DNA of 63,592 bases, the filler included, from Chiloscyllium plagiosum (taxonomy: Eukaryota): the NCBI RefSeq assembly GCF_004010195.1. It is 4 parts of one record of this genome, joined end to end, with 100 filler letters (N's around TTAATTAATTAA, not from the genome) between each part and the next. Parts side by side here need not be neighbours in the genome. Positions count along the whole stretch, not along the records: positions 29,054 to 52,054 come from NC_057713.1; 3 more parts are not named here. One strand, written 5' to 3'. The position numbers and the translations under genes are program-made. The notes under the pieces are model-generated. The model did not search any database and was not told the origin of the DNA. It saw only the letters and a list, made by a program, of their open reading frames with translations. Below, piece after piece: positions 37,898 to 52,154 of the stretch (position 1 is the stretch's first letter; each line of letters opens with the position of its first letter).

Positions 37898-38655
37898 ATA
37901 GAGTCATAGAGATGTACAACACAGAAACAGACTCTTTGGTCCAACTCGTCCATGCCGACCAGATATCCCAACCCAACCTAGGCCCACCTGCCAGCACCTG
38001 GCCCTTCCTATTCATATACCCATCCAGATGCCTTTTAAATGTTACCATTTACTGTATCCATTGCTCCCAATGCAGTCTCCTCTACACTGGGGAGATAGGA
38101 CACCTACACACAGAGTGCTTCAGAGAACACCTCCGGGACACCTGCACCAACCAACCCCACTGCCCCGTCGCTGAAAACTTCAACTCCCACTCTCACTCCA
38201 CTGAGGGCCTACAGGTCCTGGGCCTCCTCCACTGCCACTCCCTGACCACCTGATGCCTGGAAAAGAATGCCTCATCTGCCTCTGGATCCTCCAATGTGGA
38301 TTTAACCAGTTTCCTCATTTCCCCTCCCCCCACCTTATCCCAGTACCAACCTCCCAGCTCGGCACCACCCTCATGACCTGTTCTACTGTCCATCTTCCTT
38401 CTCACCTATCCGCTCCACCCTCCCCTCTGACCTATCACCATTAGCCCCATCTCCATCCACCTATCGCACTCTCAGCTACCTTCCCCCCAGACTCATCCCC
38501 TCCTCCCATTTATCTCTCCACCCCAGAGGTTCCCAGCCTCATTCTGAGGAAAGGCTTTTGCCGAAAACATCGATTTTCCTGCTCCTTGGATGCTGCCTGA
38601 CCAGCAACACACTCTGGACCCTAATCTCCAACATCTGCAGTCCTCACTTTTGCTA
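37898..38655. mobile_element. HER1 3' tail (minus, 37898-38043) fused to a Penelope GIY-YIG + pseudo-LTR fragment (plus, 38044-38655)
   Basis: IYCIHCSQCSLLYTGEIG..FREHL; decayed hammerhead at 38544-38571. Confidence 0.8.
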
Positions 38656-40379
38656 AACTAAAAGTAGGATGAGGTTCAGAAACAGATTCTGACATGGATA
38701 AATGGAGGGAAAATAAGTATAAGGCACCCTCATGAATTTCCTTTGGAGCCTGGAGGATCATTCCTGCTCCTCTCTCTCCATGGAATCCTCCAGAAGATTA
38801 TTGAAGAAGGGTCACTTGTCTCAAAATGATGCCTCTGCTTTTTCTCCACAGATGAATCCAGAGATGCTGAGTTTCTCAGTCAAATTCTGTTTATGTTTCA
38901 GATTTAGTTTGACCTTGACTGAATTCAGTTGTTTTCCACCAGGATTCTGTAATGGGTTTGCCACCTAGTGAGTCTCACACAGATAAAGTTAAATTTGCAT
39001 TGATATTCATCAGACAGCAATTTTTACAGTTCAATTAGGATCCTGTTTGTTTGCAGTGGGAGTAAAAGGTCAGTTGATTTGAAAATCAATCAAGAGAAAA
39101 TAGCACCGGGCATGAACAAAGTGACTTTGGACCAATCAATGCATAAATTTAACCCGTCAAATGCACCATTTCACCCACTCCCTTCCCAAACAATAATAAT
39201 GGTGATATTACTTTGTAAGGAGAGATGGTGCAAGGCAAGAGAAGGTAGGGAGCATAAGTAGAATGGGGTCGTTTGCGAAGAAGGAAAGTAGAAGTCAAGA
39301 AAAGGTAAGAAGTCACATGACACCAGGTTATAATCCAATAGGTTTATTTGAAATCATAAGCCTGACGAAGGAGCAGCAGTCCAACACCAGCATCTTCATC
39401 TCAAGGAAAGGTAAGACAGAAGGGGATAAGGAAGATAAAGGTGGTGAAGTTAGATACAAAAAACAGAATGAGGTGGACAGTAAGATGGAGCTGAGGGAGG
39501 GAGTAGGCAAAGGGAATGAAATCCCATTACATTTGGATACATTGAGGAACAAAAAGATTGCTAAGAAGAGACAAGAAGTTGAAGTTTTTTGTCTTCCACT
39601 CATAAGGAGTATGACACATGAAGAAGACTTGAAAAAACAGACACCAATTTACACAGCGTGAAAACAAAGTTCCGACTGGTTTGGCCATCAAATGTTGCAA
39701 GAAGAGTTAACTAGTAATCTTAATTCTCAGACCAGACAGGTAGGTTCTGATTGCTACATTTCCACCGGCAACACACTGACCAGAGATTGATAGTTTCCAT
39801 GACCGCTTTCATTTCTATTATTTTTGCCTGTGTATGACAGAGCCCTCCGCATTATTATATGTAGCGTCTAGCATGTATAACTCTTAGCTATTGGGTTGTG
39901 CTCAATGTTGCACCAGAAACCAATTTTGTATCATTAGTTAGGCTCACAATATTGGACATGCGCGAAGTTCACAGTACTTCTAAGTTTTGGGTCATTCCCA
40001 AATTCTGAAATTGTATACTGCACACTGAAATCTAAATCATTAACATAATTCAAGGAAAGTGGTCCAAATGACCACTAAAGAACACCAATGGATAACTTCC
40101 TCCAGTCTGAGAAAATATTATTTATCACTATTGTTTCCTGCATCCGATCATTCAGCCAACTTAGTATCTACCCAACATCCCTTATATTCCCATGGGCCTC
40201 AACTTTGATGACAAGCTATCATGTGGTACTTCATCAATGCAATTTGGAAGTCCCTCACCAACCCTCTTTTTTACCTCATTAATGTATCCAAAATGTCTCA
40301 TCATGCTTCCCAGAGCAGCAGGGTAAAAAAGCAAATTCTTCATCCAATTTCTCCCATCCACTCAACTTATCCAAAACAG

Positions 40380-40690
40380 TGCTTCCCTTACCTTGCAACT
40401 TGGAACCTGACCCACTTGGCAACCTACCCACTTCCCACTTGGCACCTCATCCTCCACCCAAATGGCACCCTACTTACATGGTACCTTATCCACCTGGCAC
40501 TACCACTAACCCATCTGGTATCCTACCCCAGCACCCTACCTCAGCGCCAGCTGGCACTATGCCTGGATATCTCTCTACTTATCTAGCACACTGGCATCCT
40601 ACCCAGCTGGCACCCTACTAACAATGAATATTACTCCTATCATCCTAACCCATTCCAGCTAGCGTCCTACTGATCTGGCATCCAAGACTC
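40380..40690. repeat. Degenerate short-unit repeat (cacctggcaccctacc-like)
   Basis: Recurrent tggcacc / cctacc words. Confidence 0.6.
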
Positions 40691-41091
40691 CCTTATTATA
40701 TTTATTTTATGTACTTACGATTTGATCGCAATTGTCAGAATGGCTGTGAGGACGTTTAAACTTCATGGTACTATACTTGACTGCCATAAAAAGAGGGTGT
40801 AGTTTGTCTTTCTCCAAAAATTCTGCACAACAAAAGAACAGTCAGACTGGAAGTACAGTTCACATTTCTGAGAGTGCCCTGAGCAGAACCTCCTCTTAGA
40901 AATGCAGAGCCCCCTTCTTTCATAAGAAAGGGCCAGAGTTGCAATCTGCATGAGATTGCCACTCCTTGGAAAATCCAGCCCAATGTTTGTTTTATGCTTC
41001 TTCCAAATATTTAATAGTAACATTCCTCCGCTAACTGTGCATAAAATGTTACAAACAGTAGCAAGGCCTAGTTGTGCATACGGCAATTAGC

Positions 41092-43622
41092 TATAGTCAT
41101 AGAGATATACAGCATGGAGACAGACTCTTTGGTCCAACTCATCCATGCCACCCAGATATCCTAAATAAATCTAGTCCCATTTGCCAGCATTTGGTCCATA
41201 TCCCCTAAATCTTTTCCTGTTCATATATCCATCATGATGCCTTTTAAATGTTGTAATTCTATCAGCCTCCACCACTTCCGCTGGCAGCTCATTCCAAACA
41301 CACATTACCGTCTGCGTGAAAAAGTTGCCCGAGATCCCTTTTAAATCTTTCCCCTCTCACCTTAAAACTATGCCCTCCAGTTTTGGACTCACCCACCAAG
41401 CGAAAAGACCTTGTCCATTCACCCTATCCATGCCCCTCACGATTTTATAAACCTCCAAAAGATCTACTAGCCTCAGCTTCCAATGCTTCAGGGAAAATAG
41501 CCCTGGTCTATTCAGCCTTTCGCTATAGCTCAAACCCTCTAACCCTGGCAACATCCTTGTAAATCTTTCCTGAATCTTATCAAGTTTCACAACATAAGCC
41601 CATAAAACCATAAGACATAGGAGCAGACATTAGGCTACTCAGCCCATCAAGTCTTCTCCGCCATTCAATCATGGCTGATAAGTTTCTCAATGCCATTATC
41701 CTGCTTTCTCCCCGTAACCCTTGGTCCCCTTGATACTCAAGAACCTATCTATCTCAGTCTCAAATGTACTCAATGACCTGGCCTCCATAGCCTTCTGTGG
41801 CAATGAATTCCATAGATTCAACACTCTCTGATTGAAGAAGTTTCCCTTATCTCTGTTCCCCTTAAGGCTGCGCCTTTGGATCCTAGTCTCTCCTATCAAT
41901 GGAAATATCTTCCTAACATCTATTCTGTCCAGGTCATTCAGTATTCTGTACATTTCAATTATATCCCCCCTCACATCCTTTTGAACTCCATCGAGTTTAG
42001 TGGTCAAACATTCCTCATAGTTTAAGCTTTTTATTCCTGGGATCATTCTTGCAAACCTCCTCTGAACACGCTCCAAGGCAAATATATCTTTTCTATGATA
42101 TGGAGCCCAAAACTGCGCTAAGTGCTTTAAATGTGGTCTGACCATAGCCTTATGTACAGAAGTACATCCCTGTTTTTATATTAAAGTCCTCTCAAAATGA
42201 ATGCCATCATTGCATTTGCCTTACTAACTATTGACTCAATCTGCAAGTTTATCTTGACAATCCTGGACTACAACTCCCAAGTCTCTTTGCACTTCAGACT
42301 TCTGAATTTTCTCACCATTTAGAAAATAGTCCATTCCTCTAATCTTCCTACTGAAGTGTATGACCTCTTACTTTCCCACGTTGTAGTACATCTGCCACTT
42401 CTTTGCCCACTCTCCTAACATCCAAATCTTTCTGCAGCCTCCCTGCCTCCTCAATGTTACCTGTCCCTCTACCTAACTTAGTATCATCTGCAAACCTAGC
42501 CAGAATCCCCTCAGTTCCTTCATCTAGATCTTTAATGTAAAAAGTGAAAAGTTATGTTCCCAACACTGAGTTTTGCAGCACACCACTTGTCACCAGCTGT
42601 CATCCTGAGAAGCACACTTTTATCCCCACTCTCTGCTTTCTGTTAGACAGTCAAGCTTCGATCCAAGCTAGCACCTTGCCTCAGACACCATGGGCCCTTA
42701 TCTTACCAGTAGCCTCCTGTGTGGTACCTTATCAAAGGCCTTCTTGAAGACGAGGTAGGCAACATCCACTGGCCATCCATGGTCTAACCTGCTCGTTACT
42801 TCCTAAAAGAATTTGAGAAGATATCTCAAGCATGACTTCCCCTTGATGAAACCATGCTGACTTTGCCATATTTTACCATACAATTCCAAGTATTCAGAAA
42901 TGTCATCCTTCACAATGGTTCCAGGATCTTACCCACAACCAAGGTTATGCTAATCAGTATGCAATTTTCCCTCTTTTGCTGTACTCCCTTTTTAAAACAG
43001 AGGTGTCATTTGTGCGATTTTCCAGTCCCTTGGGACCCTTTCTGATTCTAGCAATTCCTTAAAGATCACCATAACGTCTCCACTGTCACTTCAGTTATTT
43101 TCCCAGAACTCTGGGGTGTAGTCCATCTGGTCCAAGTGATTTACCCACCTTCAGGCCATTCAGTTTTTCTAGCACTTTCTCCTTGGTGATGGCCACCATA
43201 CCCAGCTGTGCCCCCTCACTCTCTTGAATTTTAGGGATATTACTTGTGTCTTCCACTGTGAAGACCGATGCGAAGTAATAATTCAGTTCCTCAGTCATTT
43301 CCTTGCTCCCTACTACTATCTCTCCAGCATCATTTACCAGCAGCCCAATTTCCACTTTTGCCTCTCTTTTGCTCTTTATATATCTGAAGAAATTCTTACA
43401 GTCTTCCTTTATATTCCCTGCTAGCTTACTCTCATATTTAATATTCTCCCTCTTTATTTCATTTTTTGTTGGCCTCTGTTGGTCTTTGTAAGCTTCCCAA
43501 TCCTCTGGATTCTCAGTGCCCTTCCACAACATTATATGCTTCCTGTAGCAGAGAGAACTGAATTGCATGTGGTATTCCACCAGTGGCCTAACCAATGTCC
43601 TGTACAGCATGACCTCCCAACT
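41092..43622 (-). mobile_element. HER1-like CR1 (41092-41595 + 43540-43622) interrupted by a ~1.9-kb CR1 of another subfamily (41600-43535)
   Basis: Host breaks at ...ttcacaacat and resumes at cttcctgtag...; insert has its own 3' tail and the KSLGPDGLHPRVL / FNQRVLNLWNSLP motifs. Confidence 0.85.
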
Positions 43623-45619
43623 TAACCATTGTCAACTAGATAGCTATCAACAATTCATCAGGGTTAAAGACTTCAGTGATTCAGGGTCAGAGACTTCATA
43701 TTGACTCATTCAATTAATTTCATCCCCAACAGAGCAGTAACATTATCTTGCCACTTGTTTCAATTTCTTGTCGATTGTTCATTTTTATGATTTGCCCTGT
43801 TAATGTCCTTAGTGTTTCCTCTCCTTTCTCCATCAGTTATACATTTCATCTTTTCCCCCATTTTGTTGTTTAGTTTTGATATGCTGCCAGTATTAATTCT
43901 CAGCTATTTTCACTTTTGCTTTTCTTTGTAATTCTGAATCCTAAATTGTATTCCTTCTTTCATGAACAATGGTCTGAGATAACAATGTCTATTTAATAAA
44001 AAGATGCCAGATTTTCTGTTTTGTAGCTTCCATTTAAACCCGCGTTCTGAGTCAATAGCCAAGTTCCTTGGTCTTTATTAGAAAAGACCTTCAGATCACT
44101 CACAGGACAAGGTCATACAATCAATTACCATAATTTCTTAAGAGCCATCCACATTAGATCAAGGCTACCTCAATGTTCACTTGACTGCACATAACTGAAT
44201 ATCTGATTTTAGATATTTTAGAATCAGCAAAACTGCTGATTCGTTACAGCACAGAATATTGCCAGTTAGAACTTGCTGCAAGTCCTCTGAGTGGCAGCAT
44301 GGCATGGGAGAAAATAAACTAGTAGTTGGGTTGGAATAGAGCCATTCTTACACAGTTCTCATTAACTATAATTATTTAAGAACTGGAAATCTTTTTGCTA
44401 TTCAATATAAGACAGGCAATTTGACAGCACAGCCAGGAACAGAACCACACAAGTCCTGTGGAGATGGGAAAGGAAAACGTGCGTGGTGAACTATAGCACA
44501 TATTGGAGTGAAACTGATGGGGTCAATATGCAAGTGCACTGGCTCACAATAATAAGTATGTAATCCCTTTGGCAACCAAGCATAGACGCAAAACTTTGGT
44601 GCCAATGTTTTGTGGAGTGATACCATTGAGATAACTGGAGCATGAGACTTTGAAATGTTGGTCTGCTCAAGTCAACTGGTTAGTGTGTTAACTTGAGCCT
44701 GGCTGGAACTGCGTCACAGTGTTCTTGCTGTTTTGAGAGACAGAAATGTACAAGAATATATCTCCAGCTGCAGAAGGGATATGAAATACCATATCAGCTA
44801 CCAGTGCAGTTCAATCGAAAGCTTTCTGACAACTCCAATGGCCGGGAACAATGGCATTAGAAAGCAAAGGCTCAGAGAGTTTGACATTTTTCTACTTAAT
44901 TATTCATCAGAATTTCTATTAAGTATGGAAATTCCCATCTTGATGAAGTCCACTTATAACGTGATAACGCAGAAGGCATAAAACAATTGGTATCTAAGCT
45001 CCTCTCTCTTAAGATAATAAGAACAAAATAATTAGAAGCAGGAGTAGGCAATTCAGCTTTGCCATTCAATACGATCATGGCTGATCTCATCTTGGCCTCA
45101 ACGCCACTTTGCTGTCCACTCTCCATAACCCTTCAACCCATTACATATTAAAAATCGGTCTATCTCCTCCTTAAATTTACTCAATGTCCTGGCTTCCACC
45201 ACACTCTTGCATAGTAGAAACTACAGGTTCATGACCCTTTGATAAAAGCAACTTTTCCTCCTCTTTACTTTAAATTTGCAACCCCTAATCATAATTAAAC
45301 TATGACCTCTTATTCCAGATTACCCACGAGGAAATATCCTATCTAGACCAATTTGACTTAAAGAAAACATTAGCATATTTCCCAGAAATATACCAAAGTC
45401 TTCCATATAAAATGAATAGACTTCAAATATATTTGCTACCTTTATGAGTAAAATATGACAGTATTTTCATGCATAGTAACGTCCCCCAAGTAACAGTGAT
45501 TTCATCTATTTTATTTGTGTTAACCCAATATTCCCTTAACAGATGGATTTTGTTCAAGCTTTCTTTTGGAGCTTGGAACCCACTTTCCCCTGAGGCAACC
45601 ACCACTAATGCCACTGATG

Positions 45620-46157
45620 GTCTGGTCTCCTTCCTATCCGAAAGATGTTGTGAAACTTGAAAGGGTTCAGAAAAGATTTACAAGGATGTTGCCAGAGTTG
45701 GAGGATTTGAGCTATGGGGAGAGGCTGAACAGGCTGGAGTTGTTTTCCCTGGAGATACGGAAGCTGAGGGGTGACCTTTTGGAGGTTTACAAAATTATGA
45801 GGGGCATGAATAGGGTAAATAGGCAAAGTCTTTTCCCTCGGGTCAGGGAGTCCAGAACTAGAGGGCATAGGTTTGGAGTGAGAGGGGAAAGATATAAAAG
45901 AGACCTATGGGACAACTTTTTCACACTGAGGGTGGTACGTGTATGGAATGAGCTGCCAGAGGAAGTGGTGGAGGCTGTTATAATTGCAACATTTAAGAGT
46001 CATTTGGATGTGTATATGAATAGGAAGGGTTTGGAGGGATATGGGTCAGTACTGGTAGGTGGGACTAGATTGGGTTGGGATATTCGGTCGGCATGGACAG
46101 ATTGGACTGAAGGGTCTGTTTCCATGCTGTATATCTCTATGACTCTATGGCTCTATG
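45620..46157 (+). mobile_element. HER1-like CR1 3' end
   Basis: WSPSYPKDVVKLERVQKRFTRMLP..; tail ctctatgactctatggctctatg. Confidence 0.92.
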
Positions 46158-47924
46158 AGTAAATCTGAATTTTGGTCCCCTCTCTTGAGAAGGGACATAA
46201 CTGCAGGTATTTGGAGGGCTTTGTCTTATAATTATATCTCCTCTCATTCATCTGAACACAAGAAAATAGGCCTAAGCTGTTCAATCTCACACCATAAGAC
46301 AAAGCCCTCCAACTGCCTGCAATTATGTTACTCCTCAAGTAAGGGGACCAAAATTGAGCTTAACTCAATTGGCATTAATACTTGTCATCTTAGAGTTAAA
46401 AGGTGGGTTCCAAGCTCAAAACAGAGCTTGAGAACAAAATCCATCTGACATCTCACAACCATGTTCAGGGAATTTTGCATTATCAGAAATGAAATAGTTG
46501 AAACCAATGTTATTTCTGGGACATTACAGTGCACAAAAGGGCTATTATAGTTTACTCATAAAAGTGGCAAAGGAATTTCAAGTCTATTCATTTTATAATG
46601 GAGCACTTTGGAACATCTCTGGGAAACATGATAACACGCTCTTGTTAAGTAAAGTTTTTGGAGAATACAACTTAGTAGTCCCAAAACACACAAGACAACT
46701 TGTTTTTCATTTCAGGCAGTCCTCAGGTTGCAAACTGTCTCCATTCCTAGAGTCTGATCGCAAGTCAATTTGATCTCAAGTCAGAATATAATCCAAGACA
46801 ATATAAAACAGCTATTCATAAGTACAAGGAAAAGTTTGCATGTCACATCTTTAACATTAGCAGGTCTGATTGCATCTGTGCAGAGAAAGCAGAGTCAATG
46901 TTTTGGGTCCAGTGACCTTTCTTCAGAACTTCAGGCATTACACTATGCTTGATATAGGAACAGGAGTAGGTCATTAATCCCCTTGAACTGCTCCACAATT
47001 CAATGCGATAATTGCAGGTCTATGACCTAACTCTACATACCTAGCTTTGCCACAAATCCTTTTAATAACTTTGATTAACAAATGCCTAGCAATCTAAGAT
47101 TTAAAATTAATAACTGACCTAGCATAATTGCAATTACAAAAACTGATCTAAATCTCAAGTATCCTTTGTATTTGCCAATGATTCTTAATTTTATTTCTCA
47201 GAATTACAGAATTGTTGCAGCTGAGGAGCCCTTTCAGCCTGCTGTGTCTGTGCGGACTCTCCAAATGAACACTTCACTTAATGCTAGTCTTCTACCTTCT
47301 CAAGGTGCCCAACACATTTTTCCTTTTGAAGTAACAGTCAATATCCTTTTGATTGATTCATTGAAATTTGCCTGCATCAAATTCTGAAGTAATGCATTTC
47401 AGACCTTAATCACTCACTGTGGGAAAAATGTTTTCCTCATGTGGCTTTTGCTTCTTTTACCAATTCCTTGGATCTTTGCCCCCTTATCCTTGACCCTTAC
47501 ATGTGTAGAAACAGTTTCTCCTGTGTTTATTCTATCCAATTCAAAATTTTGAATATCTCGTCAAATTTTTTCAGTTATATTTTCTTCTAGGAAAAGTGCC
47601 CTTCAACTTCTCCAATTTATTTTCATAACTGAAATTTCTCAATCCTGGAACATTCCTGTGGGTCTTTTCTGCACACTTTCCAATGTTTTCACAATCCTCC
47701 TAAAACACAGTGACTAAAACTGGATGCAACACTTAAGCTAAACTAATGTCTTATGTAAGTTCAAGTTTCCTGTTCTTCTACTCTATGTCCTTATTAATAA
47801 AGCACCTATTAATAAAATATATACTGATTACTTAATCAACATGCTCTTGACCTATCCTGCACTCTTCAGTGATTTATCAACATATAGACTCATATCCCTA
47901 TGTTCCTGTAATCCCTTATTTTAA

Positions 47925-49030
47925 TTTGTTCACGGGATCTGGCATTGCTGGTTGGGCTAAAATTTATTACCCATCCTTAATAGCATTGGAAGACACAGTA
48001 CTGAACTGCATTCCTGAACCACTGCAGTTCTTGATGTAGGGTCACTCATAGTGCTGTTAGGAAGAAAACTCCAGGTGTTTTACCCAGTCACATGAAGCAA
48101 TGGTGACATAGTTCCAGTCAGGATGGGGAGCAGCTTGAAGGGGAACTTGCAGGTGGTGATGATCCCATACATCTTTTGCCATTGTCCTTCTAGATGGTAG
48201 AGGTCATGGTGTTTGAAGATATTGTCAGAGGAGCCTTTAGTGAGTTAGTGCATTGCAACTTGCAAATGGTACATACTGTGAGTCAGTGGTGAAGGGAGTG
48301 AATATTAAAGATGGTGGATGGGGTGCCAGTCAAACAGGCTACTCTGTTCCAGATGTCAAATTTCCAGAGTGTTATAGAAGCTACACTTATGCAGACAAGT
48401 GGAGAATATTTCCATTACACCCCTGCCTTGTGCCTTTTAGATGGTGGATGGCATCCGGGAGACAGGAGGAGAGTTACTCATTGCAGATTTTCTACCCTCT
48501 CACCTGTTCTTATAGCCACAGTATTAATATAGCTGGTCCAGTTCATCTTCTGATCAATGGTAACCCCAGGGTAGTAACAGTGTGGAATTCAGCAAATGGT
48601 GATGACAAGGGATGAGGCTAAGAATCTTTCTTGCTAGAGGTAGTCATTGCCTGGCACTTGGGAAAATTACTTTCCCAAGCCTGGATATTGTTGCTGTCTT
48701 GCTGTACATGGACACTGACTACTTCAGTATCTAAAGAGTAACAAACCGTGCTGAACAGTGTGCAATCAATAGAGAACATCAACATTTCTTAGCTTATGAT
48801 AGAGGGAAAGTCACAATGAAGCAGCTGAAGATGGTTGGGCCAAGGAAACTATGCTGAGGAACCCCTTCAGTGTTATCTGGGGACTGAGATGATTGGCCTC
48901 TAACAATCAGAAACATCTTTTTTTGAGGTACCCTCACGTATGACTCAAACCAGCAGAGACTTTTCCTCTGATTCCTATTACTCATTTTGTGAGGGTTGGT
49001 TGATACCATGCTTAGTTAAAGGTTGCCATG
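47925..49030 (-). mobile_element. Family B LINE 3' half
   Basis: GVPQHSFLGPTIFSCFI on the minus strand; family B 3' end. Confidence 0.72.
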
Positions 49031-51193
49031 AGGGTCTACTAATTCTAGGGATTGGCTGAGGGCTGGCTGGTCAAAGCCCGTCTACTGTGTATATGCAAAT
49101 GAAGGGTGAGTTGGTGCCAAGTTACTGTCCTCTGTGTAGCTACTTCAGTGGCAGCCAGTGAAAACACCACGTTCCTGAAGAAAATTTGCTTGCAATAGTC
49201 ACCTTAGAGTTGGGGTAAGCATTTCTGGCATCAGGCCTTTACTTGGCAAGCTTGACTTATTCGATCCTGCCATCAAAGACTGGGCCCAGTACGTGTAAAG
49301 AATGCATTACATTTTCTGGGCAAACGATATTGAGGCAGATGAAAAGTAATGAGTCCTTCTGACTCCTCTTGGGCCTTAACAGCATTTTCTGTTATTAGGA
49401 ACCTAACTTTGCCTGAGGCATCAGATACTAAAACCTTTCAACAGTTTACAGATTGAGTTAAGGAACATTACGATCCCAAGCCTCCTCTAATTCTGAGATG
49501 CTATTGGTTTTATTTAGCTGTTTGAGAAAGTGGGGAATCCATATCGGAATTTTTGATGAGGTTAAGAAGACAGGTAGAGCATTTAATTTTGGGTTCACAC
49601 TTCATGAGATGTTGAGAGACTTTTGGGTATGTGGGATTAATAACATAACCATGCAAAAACACCTACTAGCTGAAGCCCAATTGGACTTATAGAGTCATAG
49701 AGATGTACAGCATGGAAACAGACCCTTCGATCCAACCCGTCCATGCCGAACAGATATCCCAACCCCATCTAGTCCCACCTGCCAGTACCCGGCCCATATC
49801 CCTCCAAACCCTTCCTATTCATACACCCATCCAAATGCACCCCTCAGCCTCTGACGCTCCAGGGAAAACAGCCCCAGCCTGTTCAGCCTCTCCCTGTAGC
49901 TCAGATCCTCCAACCCTGGCAACATCCTTGTAAATCTTTTCTGAACCCTTTCAAGTTTCACAACATCTTTCTGATAGGAAGGAGACCAGAATTGCACGCA
50001 ATATTCCAACAGTGGCCTAACCAATGTCCTGTACAGCTGCAACATGACTTCAAACAGGCACTACAACTGGCTTTGTCATTAGAAAATGTGGCAAGTGGAG
50101 CATGCGAGCTACAGGGCATCCCGATGGCAGTGGACACCCTCACTTGTGCAATTGAGCTTGGGAACACCATATGAGTGTAGGCAATTGCAGAGCCTCACAC
50201 AGGGCATATTCTGAACAGAGGGACAGTACATCAGCCCACAGTAAAACCCCAAGTTTCTAAAACATTCTTCAGGATCAGCAAGCCACTGTAGTTGCTGTCG
50301 GTATGCAAACTCGAGACAGCAAAGGAGTCCTACGAGGCCTGACTTGAGTAAGAGAAGTCATAGGTCGATATCCAGCAGAGTTGCTGATAGGGAGAAGACT
50401 CAGCACCAGCTTAATTCTGACATTCCTGGACCTAGTGGGTGGAGGATGAAATAGCAGCAGGAACACCAATACCGGCCACATGCCTTCTCTAAGCAAGAGA
50501 GACAGTTTACTTCAGCATATAAAGTTTGGTGTTGAAACCACAGAAATGGCCCTGTATGGGTACAAGGTGAGGTGAACATGAGGTCAGGTCCCATGACATA
50601 CAAAGTTTGGGTAGGTGAGGTGGCCCTGAACAAACATGTGGATCACATGAAAGCTGCTACCTCGCAAACAGGGCAGGAGTAAAATATATCAGAATAGCTA
50701 GTAAGATTGTCAGAAATCATGGATTCTCCCCCTCCATCTAGCATTGAAGAACCTCAGAGTCTGAGATGAATGCAGCCTCGATACTGTTACCACCTGAAGA
50801 AGAGGAGGAAACTCTACCGAGACACTTCAGGCACAAGAGAGGGCTACAGTCTGGTACACACTGCCTGTGCCCGAATCAGAATCAGAATAAACAGACCTGG
50901 GGTGAAAATGTCCCTGGAGAAACTACGAGAAAAAGATCAGGTTACATCCCCAAACGTAGTGGGGAATGGATATAGTTGTTAGGACGAGGGCCAGATAGAT
51001 CTTATTGCCTATGAGATGCTTGTAAACACGGGCCAATTAGGGAGCCTTTGCTGACAGAAATAAGCAGGAGTCTCAAAGATCCTCCCCATTGTACAGACTG
51101 GGTCTGAACTAGCTGGTCACAGCCCATCTACTGTACACATGTAAATAAAGAGTGACTTGATGATGGGATACTGGCCTCTGTGCAGTTATTTCA
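49025..51193 (+). mobile_element. Internally deleted Gypsy/Ty3 LTR retrotransposon with both LTR remnants
   Basis: 5' LTR end (to 49147) aligns with 3' LTR (50971-51193, ...TTCA); tggcagc PBS-like site at 49149; gag-like GKLDLFDPAIKDWAQYV..VKEHYDPKP; purine tract before the 3' LTR. Confidence 0.78.
49689..50048 (-). mobile_element. HER1-like CR1 fragment nested in the Gypsy gag region
   Basis: RPLLEYCVQFWSPSY; HER1 tail; internally deleted. Confidence 0.88.
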
Positions 51194-52054
51194 GTTTTTG
51201 TTGTGAGAACGTCTGAAGTAAAGGTGGAGGGATGTTGTGCACTTACGGTAGACTGCCACTTTAAGAGTCAAAGTCATGACATCATGATGACGCCATCAGA
51301 CATTCTGAAAGGAAACAACTCAGTCGTTGTTTTAGTTATAAAACTCTTCAGCTACCCAACCTTCATGAAACGTAACACATTTTTCATCACGTACTTTATT
51401 TTCTACATTTGCCTTTGAGCACCAGCCTTGAGCACTGGAATGCTGCTTAATTCCAGAGCAGTGGTGCCATAGAAATTATACTGGGCACCTGTGCCAGACC
51501 ATTTGGTATGAGAAGCATTGTCCCCAGGACTGGTTTGTTCAAAATAATGCTAATTTATCTGTGTGCATGTGTCATCTAACTGGGCTATATATGGGAAAGC
51601 CATGTTGACTGGAAATAGGATTGGTCACTTCTCTTGAGCTGATTACCAACCAGCAGTGACAATAGTGAAGAATTCTGTGCCTCAGATCGTTCTTTGGGTT
51701 CAAAGAGAAGAAGAATGACAATGATGATTACTATGTAAAAAAAATGGGAAAAATAAATCAAAAGAGATTTAGACAGATTTAGAAGATAGAACGGATTCTG
51801 GGTAATCCGCGATGGAGGACGGGAAAAATTTCTGGATGTAAGAGCTGCTCCTTTTTTTGAGGTATTTTAGGTGTTGAAGGTGATTTCCTCGAATTCCAGG
51901 AGCAGCAATTACTGTTTATATGCTGTTGCATTGTTTTGGAACTTTGGGAAAAAAAAGCCAAAACAACAGCAGTTTTAAAAGGGAGAAGAGCAGACAAAGG
52001 AAGCACATGGTGAGGACAGTGCAGGAGAGAGAGAGAGAAAACCTGCACAGTTAC

Positions 52055-52154
52055 NNNNNNNNNNNNNNNNNNNNNNNNNNNNNNNNNNNNNNNNNNNNTT
52101 AATTAATTAANNNNNNNNNNNNNNNNNNNNNNNNNNNNNNNNNNNNNNNNNNNN
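52055..52154. other. Artificial contig-joining spacer 44N-TTAATTAATTAA-44N
   Basis: Same as 28954-29053. Confidence 0.97.

Noticed and set aside
40379..40621. Proline-rich ORF
   Set aside because: Product of a degenerate C-rich repeat; no splice or homology support
29054..52054. Neighbouring STK3 exons (AIFMIPTNPPP... and DEDELDSHTM...)
   Set aside because: Looked for by eye on the minus strand and not found; probably outside this contig, though a TBLASTN search would be decisive
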